Shown: piece by piece, positions 56,454-64,000 of the stretch
How positions within the stretch are numbered: the stretch's first letter is position 1
Layout of the letters: each line of letters starts with the position of its first letter
Sequence record: OR544956
DNA: 64,000 bases
Reading direction: 5' to 3' (one strand)
Source of the DNA: Escherichia phage vB_EcoM_EP57
Made by a program: the position numbers and the translations under genes
Notes under the pieces: model-generated
Database searches by the model: none
What the model saw: the letters and a program-made list of their open reading frames with translations, nothing else
What the model was told of the DNA's origin: nothing

Positions 56454-57065
56454 TTATTTAATCTGTTTGAAAATTTCGTTTGGAACAGTACCGTTTAAAA
56501 TACCTTCTACGATCTCCTGTGCAGACGTGTAAGAGAGTCCAAAAGAAGCTACGCCTAAAATTGCCTCCTTCAAAGGATCTGGCAGGGGTTCAAAGTTACC
56601 TGCAACAAAGCCACCTGCACAAGCAGCGCCTTCATCATCCCAGAAAACAACTGCTACATCGTTACCATGCGAAGTCGTGCGATGTGCAATAACTTCAACT
56701 TCGGTGCCTTCTTTAGGAACAGAATAAGAACTGTCCCAAGAATATCTTTCCAAATCAGGAACAAAGATAACCTTTTCACCTACTGGCGGCAGTTCACAAC
56801 GATAATACCAAGAATTTTTTTCGTTCATTGTTTTATTTTCCTCCACGTCTTCAAAAGTAACGATCCAATCGTAGCCGTAAGAAAACGGATATTTTAGATC
56901 TAAAGAATAAGTTTGACCCAGATCGTCCTCAACAAGAACCATCCTATCAAAGTTTGCGATGTTAGGATTATGTTTAATGACAGGGTATGTTTCCCCTACA
57001 GTAAATTGTCCCAAATGGTAAAGTTCATCTCTCCAAGTAATTTGGATATGAGTGCATTGAATCAT
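56454..57065 (-). CDS. hypothetical protein
   Basis: ORF track 203 aa. Confidence 0.35.
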   Translation of the reverse strand: MIQCTHIQITWRDELYHLGQFTVGETYPVIKHNPNIANFDRMVLVEDDLGQTYSLDLKYPFSYGYDWIVTFEDVEENKTMNEKNSWYYRCELPPVGEKVIFVPDLERYSWDSSYSVPKEGTEVEVIAHRTTSHGNDVAVVFWDDEGAACAGGFVAGNFEPLPDPLKEAILGVASFGLSYTSAQEIVEGILNGTVPNEIFKQIK

Positions 57066-57069
57066 AAAA

Positions 57070-57342
57070 TCACCCCCAAGAAATATTTATATATCTTACA
57101 ATGTTTGCACTGTCTAAAGCCATGTTTGCACCACACCCACGCTCGCGCCAGTAACTAACAATACCTTCACAGATACTCTCTTGTATCTTCTTATCACTTG
57201 GCATTTCTAGTATAAGACTTGGGTTATGGATGTTTATGTTATAATATCCTTCCTCTGCGGCTTGAGCTACCAATTTACTTACTTTTTCAAAGTACGGGGA
57301 ATTAGTGGCATCTGCTATTGTTTTTAAGGTTTGTCTATCCAT
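57070..57342 (-). CDS. hypothetical protein
   Basis: ORF track 90 aa. Confidence 0.3.
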   Translation of the reverse strand: MDRQTLKTIADATNSPYFEKVSKLVAQAAEEGYYNINIHNPSLILEMPSDKKIQESICEGIVSYWRERGCGANMALDSANIVRYINISWG

Positions 57343-57740
57343 TATTCTGCCTCATCATAGAAGAAATCCAACTCTTGTTCCAGTTGTTTAACTCGATCCT
57401 TAACCCACTGTACACGTTTTTCATTAAACATGCAACGTTTTTCCTTACACTCTTGCTCAAAAGATTTTGCTGTGTTAAATGGGAAAGTTGTATCTAAGCC
57501 AGCGTTTTCAAAACTGGCTAATTGCATACCATAAACAGAATATGCTAAAGAATGCTCGGCCCGAAATTCATCACTTATATACATACGTAGACCTCGGCAT
57601 AAGCCAACATCAGCGTAACCACTTTCTCTTGGAAAGAGACGGAGGTGTTCTAACCAATTATTATAAAAATCTAAAAGAATCCTCTTACACTTCAAATCGA
57701 TTGTCATAAAAAGTTTCTCCTTCATCGAACAAGTTGGCAA
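57342..57740 (-). CDS. family-A paralog 2
   Basis: 132 aa; GLCRGL, FPFN, KRVQWVKDRV blocks. Confidence 0.4.
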   Translation of the reverse strand: MPTCSMKEKLFMTIDLKCKRILLDFYNNWLEHLRLFPRESGYADVGLCRGLRMYISDEFRAEHSLAYSVYGMQLASFENAGLDTTFPFNTAKSFEQECKEKRCMFNEKRVQWVKDRVKQLEQELDFFYDEAE

Positions 57741-58026
57741 GATTGTTCACGGCAATCTGGGTGGAAAGAAGACAACTGTTTGCAGACACATAAGCACGAG
57801 CTATTTTGTAAACATAAACTTTCGTATTACAATTGTCTAGGATCGGAAGACTTTCGTCGATAGCATCTATAACACTAAACATCACATCTAAAACTTTAAT
57901 GGTGAGTGTTGTATTTGTATCTTCGTAACCTTTTTCAATCCGACCTGAATAGAAAGCATAGTCCTCAACAGTTCGTCGTTTAAACTGGCGCATAAAATCG
58001 GAACCATCTGTAGCAGAATTGAACAA
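57685..58026 (-). CDS. hypothetical protein
   Basis: ORF track 113 aa. Confidence 0.3.
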   Translation of the reverse strand: MFNSATDGSDFMRQFKRRTVEDYAFYSGRIEKGYEDTNTTLTIKVLDVMFSVIDAIDESLPILDNCNTKVYVYKIARAYVSANSCLLSTQIAVNNLANLFDEGETFYDNRFEV

Positions 58027-58114
58027 ATTTTCAAAAAATACGTCCCATCCGGCAAAAGGGCTGACAGCATGATTAAGTGATCTACAGATTCATTTTCTTG
58101 TTTCATATCCTCTC

Positions 58115-58792
58115 CTATTTAATGTTCAGTCTGGCACACAAACGGGAAACAGTTTTAGCATCCCATTTACCACCACGTGCTGTTGCTATTTTCTTACTAT
58201 TGAATTTTTCAGCAATAGTTTTGTAAGGTGTATTTAAATCTCTAAGGATCTCCAAGCGTTCACGGAATGTCTCTGCAAAAGCGTCTGCTTTAACAGAATT
58301 GTATTCCATTTTTCCTTTTCTACGTGCAGCGGCAGTTTTAGGATTAGCACTGCCTAATAAAACACCTTTACTTTTTGCTACAGCAAGACCCTTTTTAATA
58401 CGATCAGCAATACCTCTAACTTCTTGTTCAGCCAGAACAGACAGAAGCTGTATAACCATTTTATCTGCGTCTGGCATAATGGCTATCTTAACATCGATCA
58501 TTTCTAGAAGAGTTGCTACGGAGGCGTTGTTACGACCCAAGCGGTCAACTTTAGCTACCAATAAAGTTGCTCCGGTAGCTTTACACATTTCAACCGCTTT
58601 AACCAGTTCCTTACGTTGCTTCCAATCGCCCTTACCCGAATAGTATTCAGAAAATTGACCAATAACTTCCGCATCAGGCACAGAGTCTAAGAAGTAACGG
58701 ATATCATTCTCTTGGCTCTCCATACCATATTGTGCCTCACCTTTTTTCTGTTTAGAAAGACGACTGTAAACAACAAACTTTTTCATAACCAC
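58115..58792 (-). CDS. serine recombinase (resolvase/invertase family)
   Basis: VYSRLSKQ catalytic-Ser region, VDRLGRN motif, C-terminal HTH; own TTGACA promoter upstream. Confidence 0.65.
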   Translation of the reverse strand: MVMKKFVVYSRLSKQKKGEAQYGMESQENDIRYFLDSVPDAEVIGQFSEYYSGKGDWKQRKELVKAVEMCKATGATLLVAKVDRLGRNNASVATLLEMIDVKIAIMPDADKMVIQLLSVLAEQEVRGIADRIKKGLAVAKSKGVLLGSANPKTAAARRKGKMEYNSVKADAFAETFRERLEILRDLNTPYKTIAEKFNSKKIATARGGKWDAKTVSRLCARLNIK

Positions 58793-58856
58793 TCCTAAAC
58801 TATTGCTGTATTCTCACTTTACAAAACGAATAAACACTTGTCAAGGTATTTATTAT

Positions 58857-59069
58857 TTACAGCCATTCTACTCTTAAGCAGTATTCCTCGACATGTTGTT
58901 TACGCTTGTTTTTGTCTATGTAAGTGTATTCAACAAATGTCCCAAGATAGTCCTTGTCTACATTGTGTGGGCTATTGATTGGACATTTAGTACGACAAAC
59001 CCGTTGCCACTGACGAAGAATTACGGCTTTGTTTTTAGGATCAAAGGGATGAGGGTAATGTACCTTCAT
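58857..59069 (-). CDS. hypothetical protein
   Basis: ORF track 70 aa. Confidence 0.3.
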   Translation of the reverse strand: MKVHYPHPFDPKNKAVILRQWQRVCRTKCPINSPHNVDKDYLGTFVEYTYIDKNKRKQHVEEYCLRVEWL

Positions 59070-59393
59070 TCACGCCTCCTGTTTTAGTCGAAAAATATTT
59101 TGAATAACTAGAGATGTATAGTTATCACCTAGTCCCATAAGTTCTACTTCCAAGTTTCGAATATCCTCCACCGTAGGAGGATATGTTGGTAAAAATGCTT
59201 GAGCATTACCAGATCCAACTTCATTGCTGTAAGCAGTTGTAAAATTGTAAGATACAAAACATGAAACACCTTTTTGTCGGTACCCGATTAATCGACGAAT
59301 ACACCAGATAAGAGCCAAACCTATGAGAACACCTCCTAAACCAGCTAACAAGAAGGATAAGTTCATAATAGCTTCGTTAACAACTGCTTCCAT
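59070..59393 (-). CDS. small membrane protein
   Basis: 107 aa; N-terminal TM helix LSFLLAGLGGVLIGLALIW. Confidence 0.35.
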   Translation of the reverse strand: MEAVVNEAIMNLSFLLAGLGGVLIGLALIWCIRRLIGYRQKGVSCFVSYNFTTAYSNEVGSGNAQAFLPTYPPTVEDIRNLEVELMGLGDNYTSLVIQNIFRLKQEA

Positions 59394-59403
59394 TCTTTTC
59401 TCC

Positions 59404-59703
59404 TTAGTTATGTAAACCCAAATGTGCTACAACTTCTCTACGATAAGACAACTGCATAGCGATTTTATAGCCAGGATGAAAACCATTTACATCAATGTCA
59501 TCAAACCAAATCTCAAACGAACCGTGCTTAAGAGTCATTAAGTTGATATACCATTCGATAATATAATGATCGTCAGCAATACCTTCGATGTAAAATTCTC
59601 GGCAACAGTGAGATAGGTCTTCACTCGTTTCACGTTTCCAGTCTTTGATAGCACCCTTCTCTTTGGCTTTATTCAGAATCTGGATCAGGTCTTCAACTTG
59701 CAT
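59404..59703 (-). CDS. hypothetical protein
   Basis: ORF track 99 aa. Confidence 0.35.
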   Translation of the reverse strand: MQVEDLIQILNKAKEKGAIKDWKRETSEDLSHCCREFYIEGIADDHYIIEWYINLMTLKHGSFEIWFDDIDVNGFHPGYKIAMQLSYRREVVAHLGLHN

Positions 59704-59756
59704 TTTCTCTCCTTTTGTGGTTAATCTTTATATTTTAAATATTGCACCGTTTTCTG

Positions 59757-60170
59757 TCAAATAGCCTCTTTCTCTAAAACAACTCTTTGGATCACAACAT
59801 CTTCAATGTTTGCCAAACAATGACCCAAAGTCAATCCCGCCTTGAAAGGTGCTTGTAGCTTGGATTCGGCTTCTACGCGAACAGAATGTTCCGCTCCGCA
59901 CATGGTGTAATCTACACGGTAAACGTTTAAACCTAAGAACATAGATTCTTCTTCTTCACAACAAGGATTGAGTTCAGCCCAGTCCCAAGCATCTCCTTCT
60001 AAAGCAAATGGAGTGTTGTAATTGAAGAAAGTGCAGCGCGGATATTCCCCGTTGAAAGAATCTTTCAGCAGAATATATTTCTTACCGTTTGCATGGAAGA
60101 GTTCTCCTTTGATAACCTTACCTACAAGGATATCACTGTTAGTGGAACGGGTGCAAATAAACTTTTTCAT
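59757..60170 (-). CDS. hypothetical protein
   Basis: ORF track 137 aa. Confidence 0.35.
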   Translation of the reverse strand: MKKFICTRSTNSDILVGKVIKGELFHANGKKYILLKDSFNGEYPRCTFFNYNTPFALEGDAWDWAELNPCCEEEESMFLGLNVYRVDYTMCGAEHSVRVEAESKLQAPFKAGLTLGHCLANIEDVVIQRVVLEKEAI

Positions 60171-60224
60171 GATTTTCTCCTCTTTGTTTCGATGAGATGA
60201 TTATGACAAAGACAGATCCTTCTG

Positions 60225-60551
60225 TCAACTATTTATTTCTTCTGCTACACGTTCTTTTACCCAGTTCACACGATCCACATTCAAATGACAACGGCTTTTT
60301 TCCGCTTCTAAGGTGTACTTTCCAAAATTACTGTTGAAAGGCAACACCATAACCAAATCTTTGTGGTAGAACTGCTCATGCATTTCATCCAGTACGGGTT
60401 CGTATCGTTCGCTTTCACCCATATCGTAAAAATCATAGAGGTTCGAGCACAAACCTGTGCAACGGGTGAACGGTTCGCCTTCAGGAGCACCAGCTTCCAA
60501 CCATGCCAAATACGTGCGGTAAAATGTTAATAGTTCTTCGCTCATTTCCAC
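60225..60551 (-). CDS. family-A paralog 3
   Basis: 108 aa; YLAWLEAGAP, GLCSNL, LPFN, CHLNVDRVNWVKERVAEE. Confidence 0.45.
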   Translation of the reverse strand: MEMSEELLTFYRTYLAWLEAGAPEGEPFTRCTGLCSNLYDFYDMGESERYEPVLDEMHEQFYHKDLVMVLPFNSNFGKYTLEAEKSRCHLNVDRVNWVKERVAEEINS

Positions 60552-60760
60552 TCTCCTTCATGATAGTAAACCTCAAAAGAATAGTAAGTGAACATGCTCA
60601 TTGTAACACCTGCCATTTCTGGATCAACGGAAGTGTTGTTATACATGTCAACTACTGCCTGACCCGCTGCTTTGGCATGTGCTGCCGAATCACAAGCACA
60701 AACATCTTTCTCCCACGGAAACTTGCCATCATACTTAAGACGCACAATCCACATGATCAT
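60542..60760 (-). CDS. hypothetical protein
   Basis: ORF track 72 aa. Confidence 0.3.
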   Translation of the reverse strand: MIMWIVRLKYDGKFPWEKDVCACDSAAHAKAAGQAVVDMYNNTSVDPEMAGVTMSMFTYYSFEVYYHEGEWK

Positions 60761-60984
60761 TCTTCCATCTCAAACCATTCAGGGAACACTTTGCGGAAGA
60801 CCCGCGTGTTTTCTAAGAGAAATTCCAACTCTTTTTCCAAATCTGCGTTCCAACCGTTTATTTTAACACGGATTGCCAATGCACTTGCACGGCGACTCAA
60901 TTCTTGACAGATTGGATCACGCAGAACTATTGAGTCATAAAACTGACAAACAGCCTCAAGTTCATACCAGTTATAATCCGACAT
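60757..60984 (-). CDS. hypothetical protein
   Basis: ORF track 75 aa. Confidence 0.3.
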   Translation of the reverse strand: MSDYNWYELEAVCQFYDSIVLRDPICQELSRRASALAIRVKINGWNADLEKELEFLLENTRVFRKVFPEWFEMEE

Positions 60985-61310
60985 TATTCATCCTCCTCTG
61001 CAATACGATCTCTTACCCAATTAATCCTGTCCACATTCAGGTGACATACCTCTGCATCTGATTCTAAGACATATGCATCGTAGTTCTCATTGAAGGGTAA
61101 TTCTTGACTCAACCCTTTGTAGTAAAACTGTGCGTGCATTTCATCTGACAAGGTTGTTATAAGGGGATTGTAGCCATCCGCGTGCACATAGTCGAATAAG
61201 TTGGCACACAAACCGCAATCCCGCCGAAAAGGTTTACCATCAGGAGCACCAACATCAATCCATGCTAGATAAATTTTATAAAACTTCATCAACCTTGCGC
61301 TTGTTTTCAT
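60984..61310 (-). CDS. family-A paralog 4
   Basis: 108 aa; YLAWIDVGAP, GLCANL, LPFN, CHLNVDRINWVRDRIAEE; about half identical to paralog 3 by eye. Confidence 0.45.
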   Translation of the reverse strand: MKTSARLMKFYKIYLAWIDVGAPDGKPFRRDCGLCANLFDYVHADGYNPLITTLSDEMHAQFYYKGLSQELPFNENYDAYVLESDAEVCHLNVDRINWVRDRIAEEDE

Positions 61311-61548
61311 TTAGCCACCTCGTTAGTTTTTCTTGCTCTTTGTTTGCGCGTTCTAAGCTTCTGAACTTTAAACAGAGGGAACGAGAATCCCTACCCATGC
61401 ACAAGCTTTCATCTAAGCTGTGCTCCCCAACCAACCAAAGAGAGTATGTTTGAACATCTAACCCATAGTTTCTGTCTTTCCATAATCTCACCCCAAGAAC
61501 ATCAAAAGGAGCTTCCGCGACTAAAGAAAGAAACCGATCTTTATTCAT
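61276..61548 (-). CDS. hypothetical protein
   Basis: ORF track 90 aa. Confidence 0.3.
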   Translation of the reverse strand: MNKDRFLSLVAEAPFDVLGVRLWKDRNYGLDVQTYSLWLVGEHSLDESLCMGRDSRSLCLKFRSLERANKEQEKLTRWLNENKRKVDEVL

Positions 61549-61606
61549 ATTACACCACCTTGCTCACGTTGATAATGTATACCATACATAAAATAAATGT
61601 CAAGGC

Positions 61607-61825
61607 TTATCGACACAGATGGTTGTAACGATCTGCTTTATCCTCTGCTTCAGCAAAGTCAGCAATCAAGGAAGTTTTAAGTTCTTCCAACTCTTTCACC
61701 CAAGAGTCGTAATCGTTCTCTGTTTCTCCAATAGTTTGGAGAAAACAATCGTCGTAGCCAATAGACATGGCTAACTCGATAATACGTTCCAGTTTTTCTT
61801 CCATCACTTCTCTCCTTCTACACAC
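61607..61825 (-). CDS. hypothetical protein
   Basis: ORF track 72 aa. Confidence 0.3.
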   Translation of the reverse strand: MCRRREVMEEKLERIIELAMSIGYDDCFLQTIGETENDYDSWVKELEELKTSLIADFAEAEDKADRYNHLCR

Positions 61826-62166
61826 TTCTGTTTAACATAGAAGTAAGCACCACGAGCAAGATACAAATCATGTTCAATATCGCTCACAGGAAAACCATCT
61901 GGATTTTTAAAGCCATCTTCTACAGCCAAAATGAGAGATCGTAAACTGATAGCTAACAACTCCATTTGATCTTGTAGTTTTCTATTTTCTGCGTAAAGGT
62001 TTTTGCATTTTTGTTCTGCATTTTTCCATTGTTCTAATGCGTGATCATAGTTTCGCATAAGAATAGCTTTTTCTTGTTCACGTTTAAAGGTTTCTTCACA
62101 AATGAAACCTGTGCCTAAACCAGTTTCTTCGTCTTTGACAAACACTTCAACAAAATCTTTAGACAT
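61804..62166 (-). CDS. hypothetical protein
   Basis: Internal ATG at 62166 (MSKDFVEV...) abuts the upstream stop; track ORF extends further. Confidence 0.3.
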   Translation of the reverse strand: MSKDFVEVFVKDEETGLGTGFICEETFKREQEKAILMRNYDHALEQWKNAEQKCKNLYAENRKLQDQMELLAISLRSLILAVEDGFKNPDGFPVSDIEHDLYLARGAYFYVKQKCVEGEK

Positions 62167-62167
62167 A

Positions 62168-62431
62168 TTATCTCCTATTTGCTTTTGGATACTCCCAACC
62201 CTCTGGGAGATCTTCTTTACACATCCACTCAAAAGGCCAGCGACAATAACTGTGCCACTTTCCATTGAGATACAAACAATCTTCATCTACTGGTCCACAA
62301 GGGTTGATAACTACAACACACCCTTTCGCTCGCCAATATTGAACTATTTCAGGGTAAAAACAAGAAACGTCGGTCCACTCCCAAATACGTTCATCATTCA
62401 AACGGTATGCTGCTGGCAATGTCTCTTTCAT
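62168..62431 (-). CDS. hypothetical protein
   Basis: ORF track 87 aa. Confidence 0.3.
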   Translation of the reverse strand: MKETLPAAYRLNDERIWEWTDVSCFYPEIVQYWRAKGCVVVINPCGPVDEDCLYLNGKWHSYCRWPFEWMCKEDLPEGWEYPKANRR

Positions 62432-62769
62432 ATTGTTAAACCTGTGTAACCATAACGCTCGCCACTCGAATCTGTTGCAATATAATTAACAAATTCAGGA
62501 ACCTCTAAAGTTTCACCTTGATACTCTACACGCTTGAAGCCATCTTCCACTTCTTTCTCACCTTCTACCAGACAAGCAAGAAGTTTGATGTGAGGGCAAG
62601 TGAAATCTTGTCCTGGATAACGTGAACGGATATCGGTTAACAATGCGATCACAGCATCCGATAACTCTTTATAATCCTCATATCTTACAAATGTGCCTTC
62701 TGTCGGATCATCAGGACACAAACGCCAAGCATCGTTGCAGTTTACAGCATAATGTCGCACTTTAGTCAT
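62428..62769 (-). CDS. hypothetical protein
   Basis: ORF track 113 aa. Confidence 0.35.
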   Translation of the reverse strand: MTKVRHYAVNCNDAWRLCPDDPTEGTFVRYEDYKELSDAVIALLTDIRSRYPGQDFTCPHIKLLACLVEGEKEVEDGFKRVEYQGETLEVPEFVNYIATDSSGERYGYTGLTI

Positions 62770-62779
62770 AAATACCCCC

Positions 62780-63178
62780 TTATCGTTGCGTACAATCAGC
62801 TTCTAGAGTAAGAACATTCGTTATTGTTTTATCATTTTTTAGAAATGCAAACCAAGCTAAAGTGTCTCGATACTCTGTGCGCATCATCACAACTTCAGTA
62901 GTGCCAATAAACTGTTGTGAACCATACATAGCACTACCATCTTTACTTTTTTCTCCTGTGTATTGCAGAATGCCACTCATCAAAGCACCACCTGAATTTT
63001 TAAGGATAAAGGAGTTATCTTTATTAATGACAACAGAAGCCATTTTCTTAGGACCAGAAATCACTTCACCTTTCAGATTTTTAACAACCACATCTGACAC
63101 ACACTCATAAACTTGAGACGCATTTGCTGTTCCGAGTGATGCAATGAGTAACAATAAACCTACGATGATCTTTTTCAT
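62780..63178 (-). CDS. secreted protein
   Basis: 132 aa with signal peptide MKKIIVGLLLLIASLGTANA. Confidence 0.4.
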   Translation of the reverse strand: MKKIIVGLLLLIASLGTANASQVYECVSDVVVKNLKGEVISGPKKMASVVINKDNSFILKNSGGALMSGILQYTGEKSKDGSAMYGSQQFIGTTEVVMMRTEYRDTLAWFAFLKNDKTITNVLTLEADCTQR

Positions 63179-63273
63179 ATAAACTCTCCTCTTTATTTAC
63201 TCGACGCGCCCCTGTTGGGCGGAAAGGGTTGTACGCAAAATTTTTAGCTCCAATCGTCGGGTGTCCCGACTCC

Positions 63274-63480
63274 TTACGCTTTTAATGTTTTAACAGAATG
63301 ACAAGCTTTGCAAACAATAACCGGAACAAGTTCATCTCCACTATCCGCATAAATCACTGTTTTCTTCATTCTGCCACCACATGAACAATACTTTGTATGA
63401 TCCGCTGTAATATTAAATATTCCGTAATCACTTTCATACTGTTTCTTACATATGGACACTGCTTTTGTAAAACGAGACAT
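63274..63480 (-). CDS. small zinc-ribbon protein
   Basis: CSCGG...CKAC cysteine pairs. Confidence 0.3.
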   Translation of the reverse strand: MSRFTKAVSICKKQYESDYGIFNITADHTKYCSCGGRMKKTVIYADSGDELVPVIVCKACHSVKTLKA

Positions 63481-63482
63481 AC

Positions 63483-63704
63483 CTACTCCGCAAGAACATT
63501 CACTTCGTCAGAGAAAAATACGTAATCACAACCTTCCCAAACATCTTCTTCAAACCACTCCCATCCCTCAACTTTGGACATTTCTTCTATCGTAATAAAG
63601 AATGTTGTCATATCATCGCTAACAAGATGTGCTTCAACAACAAAAGGAATCTGAACATTCTCAAAACCAACATAACCCAACACATCACAAACTCTAATTT
63701 TCAT
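63483..63704 (-). CDS. hypothetical acidic protein
   Basis: ORF track 73 aa. Confidence 0.3.
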   Translation of the reverse strand: MKIRVCDVLGYVGFENVQIPFVVEAHLVSDDMTTFFITIEEMSKVEGWEWFEEDVWEGCDYVFFSDEVNVLAE

Positions 63705-64000
63705 ATTATGCTCCTTTGTAGATTATGTTGGTGCGTTCACACTCTGCCACCAGCAAGCGATTAGCAATGTTGTCCATAGGAACATCAATCTCTACACTCC
63801 AGGCATTGATACACACTTCTTCAATCTTTGCTCCCAACATTTGTGCGTTATTTATCTTGCTTGTATCTTACAAGGCGATCACACTCTAAATCAAGAAATT
63901 TCTCCGCATTTCGTTCATGTTTGAGCACAATACATTGTTCTTTCCAGTCTGTAGCTCTTTGCTGCGCTGCTCCTGGGTCAAAATCCCAAAGCCATGCCGC

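Noticed and set aside
58299-58643. 114-aa plus-strand ORF antisense to the serine recombinase
   Set aside because: Lies entirely within the recombinase gene on the opposite strand; the recombinase has clear motifs.
1-64000. CRISPR array, integrase/attachment site, or transposon ends
   Set aside because: No regularly spaced direct repeats, no tyrosine integrase motifs and no terminal inverted repeats were seen; the only recombinase is the small serine recombinase reported separately.

Overview
This window looks like part of a tailed dsDNA phage genome with three blocks. (1) 1-18.7 kb, minus strand: a contractile-tail virion module read right-to-left — large terminase (with an in-frame intein in its P-loop), portal, prohead protease, scaffold, decoration protein, HK97-like major capsid protein, head-tail proteins, sheath-like and tube-like proteins, tail assembly chaperone with a -1 frameshift, tape measure protein, baseplate proteins — plus an overlapping spanin-like pair. 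(2) 18.8-20.8 kb, minus strand: an array of about 14 tRNA genes, folded by hand, so isotypes are provisional; it includes two canonical class II tRNAs (Tyr-GTA, Ser-GCT), one Ser(TGA) with a degenerate D-arm, one Ser-type tRNA carrying an Asn anticodon (GTT), and two non-canonical tRNA-like elements. (3) 22.2-51.6 kb, plus strand: an early/metabolic block with a split ligase-like gene, T4 RNase H-like nuclease, DEDD exonuclease, HNH endonuclease, ThyX-like protein, NrdA/NrdB, a complete rmlB-rmlA-rmlC-rmlD set, glutaredoxin, T4-type lysozyme, PhoH-like ATPase, HslV-like peptidase, methyltransferase-like proteins and a PPP phosphatase. From 51.7 kb to the window end, a minus-strand block of small genes includes a serine recombinase and a four-member paralogous family. 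Sigma70-like promoters built on a recurring CTATTGACAA motif and hairpin/T-run terminators punctuate all blocks. Everything is inferred from the sequence and ORF translations by eye; no database search or folding program was run.
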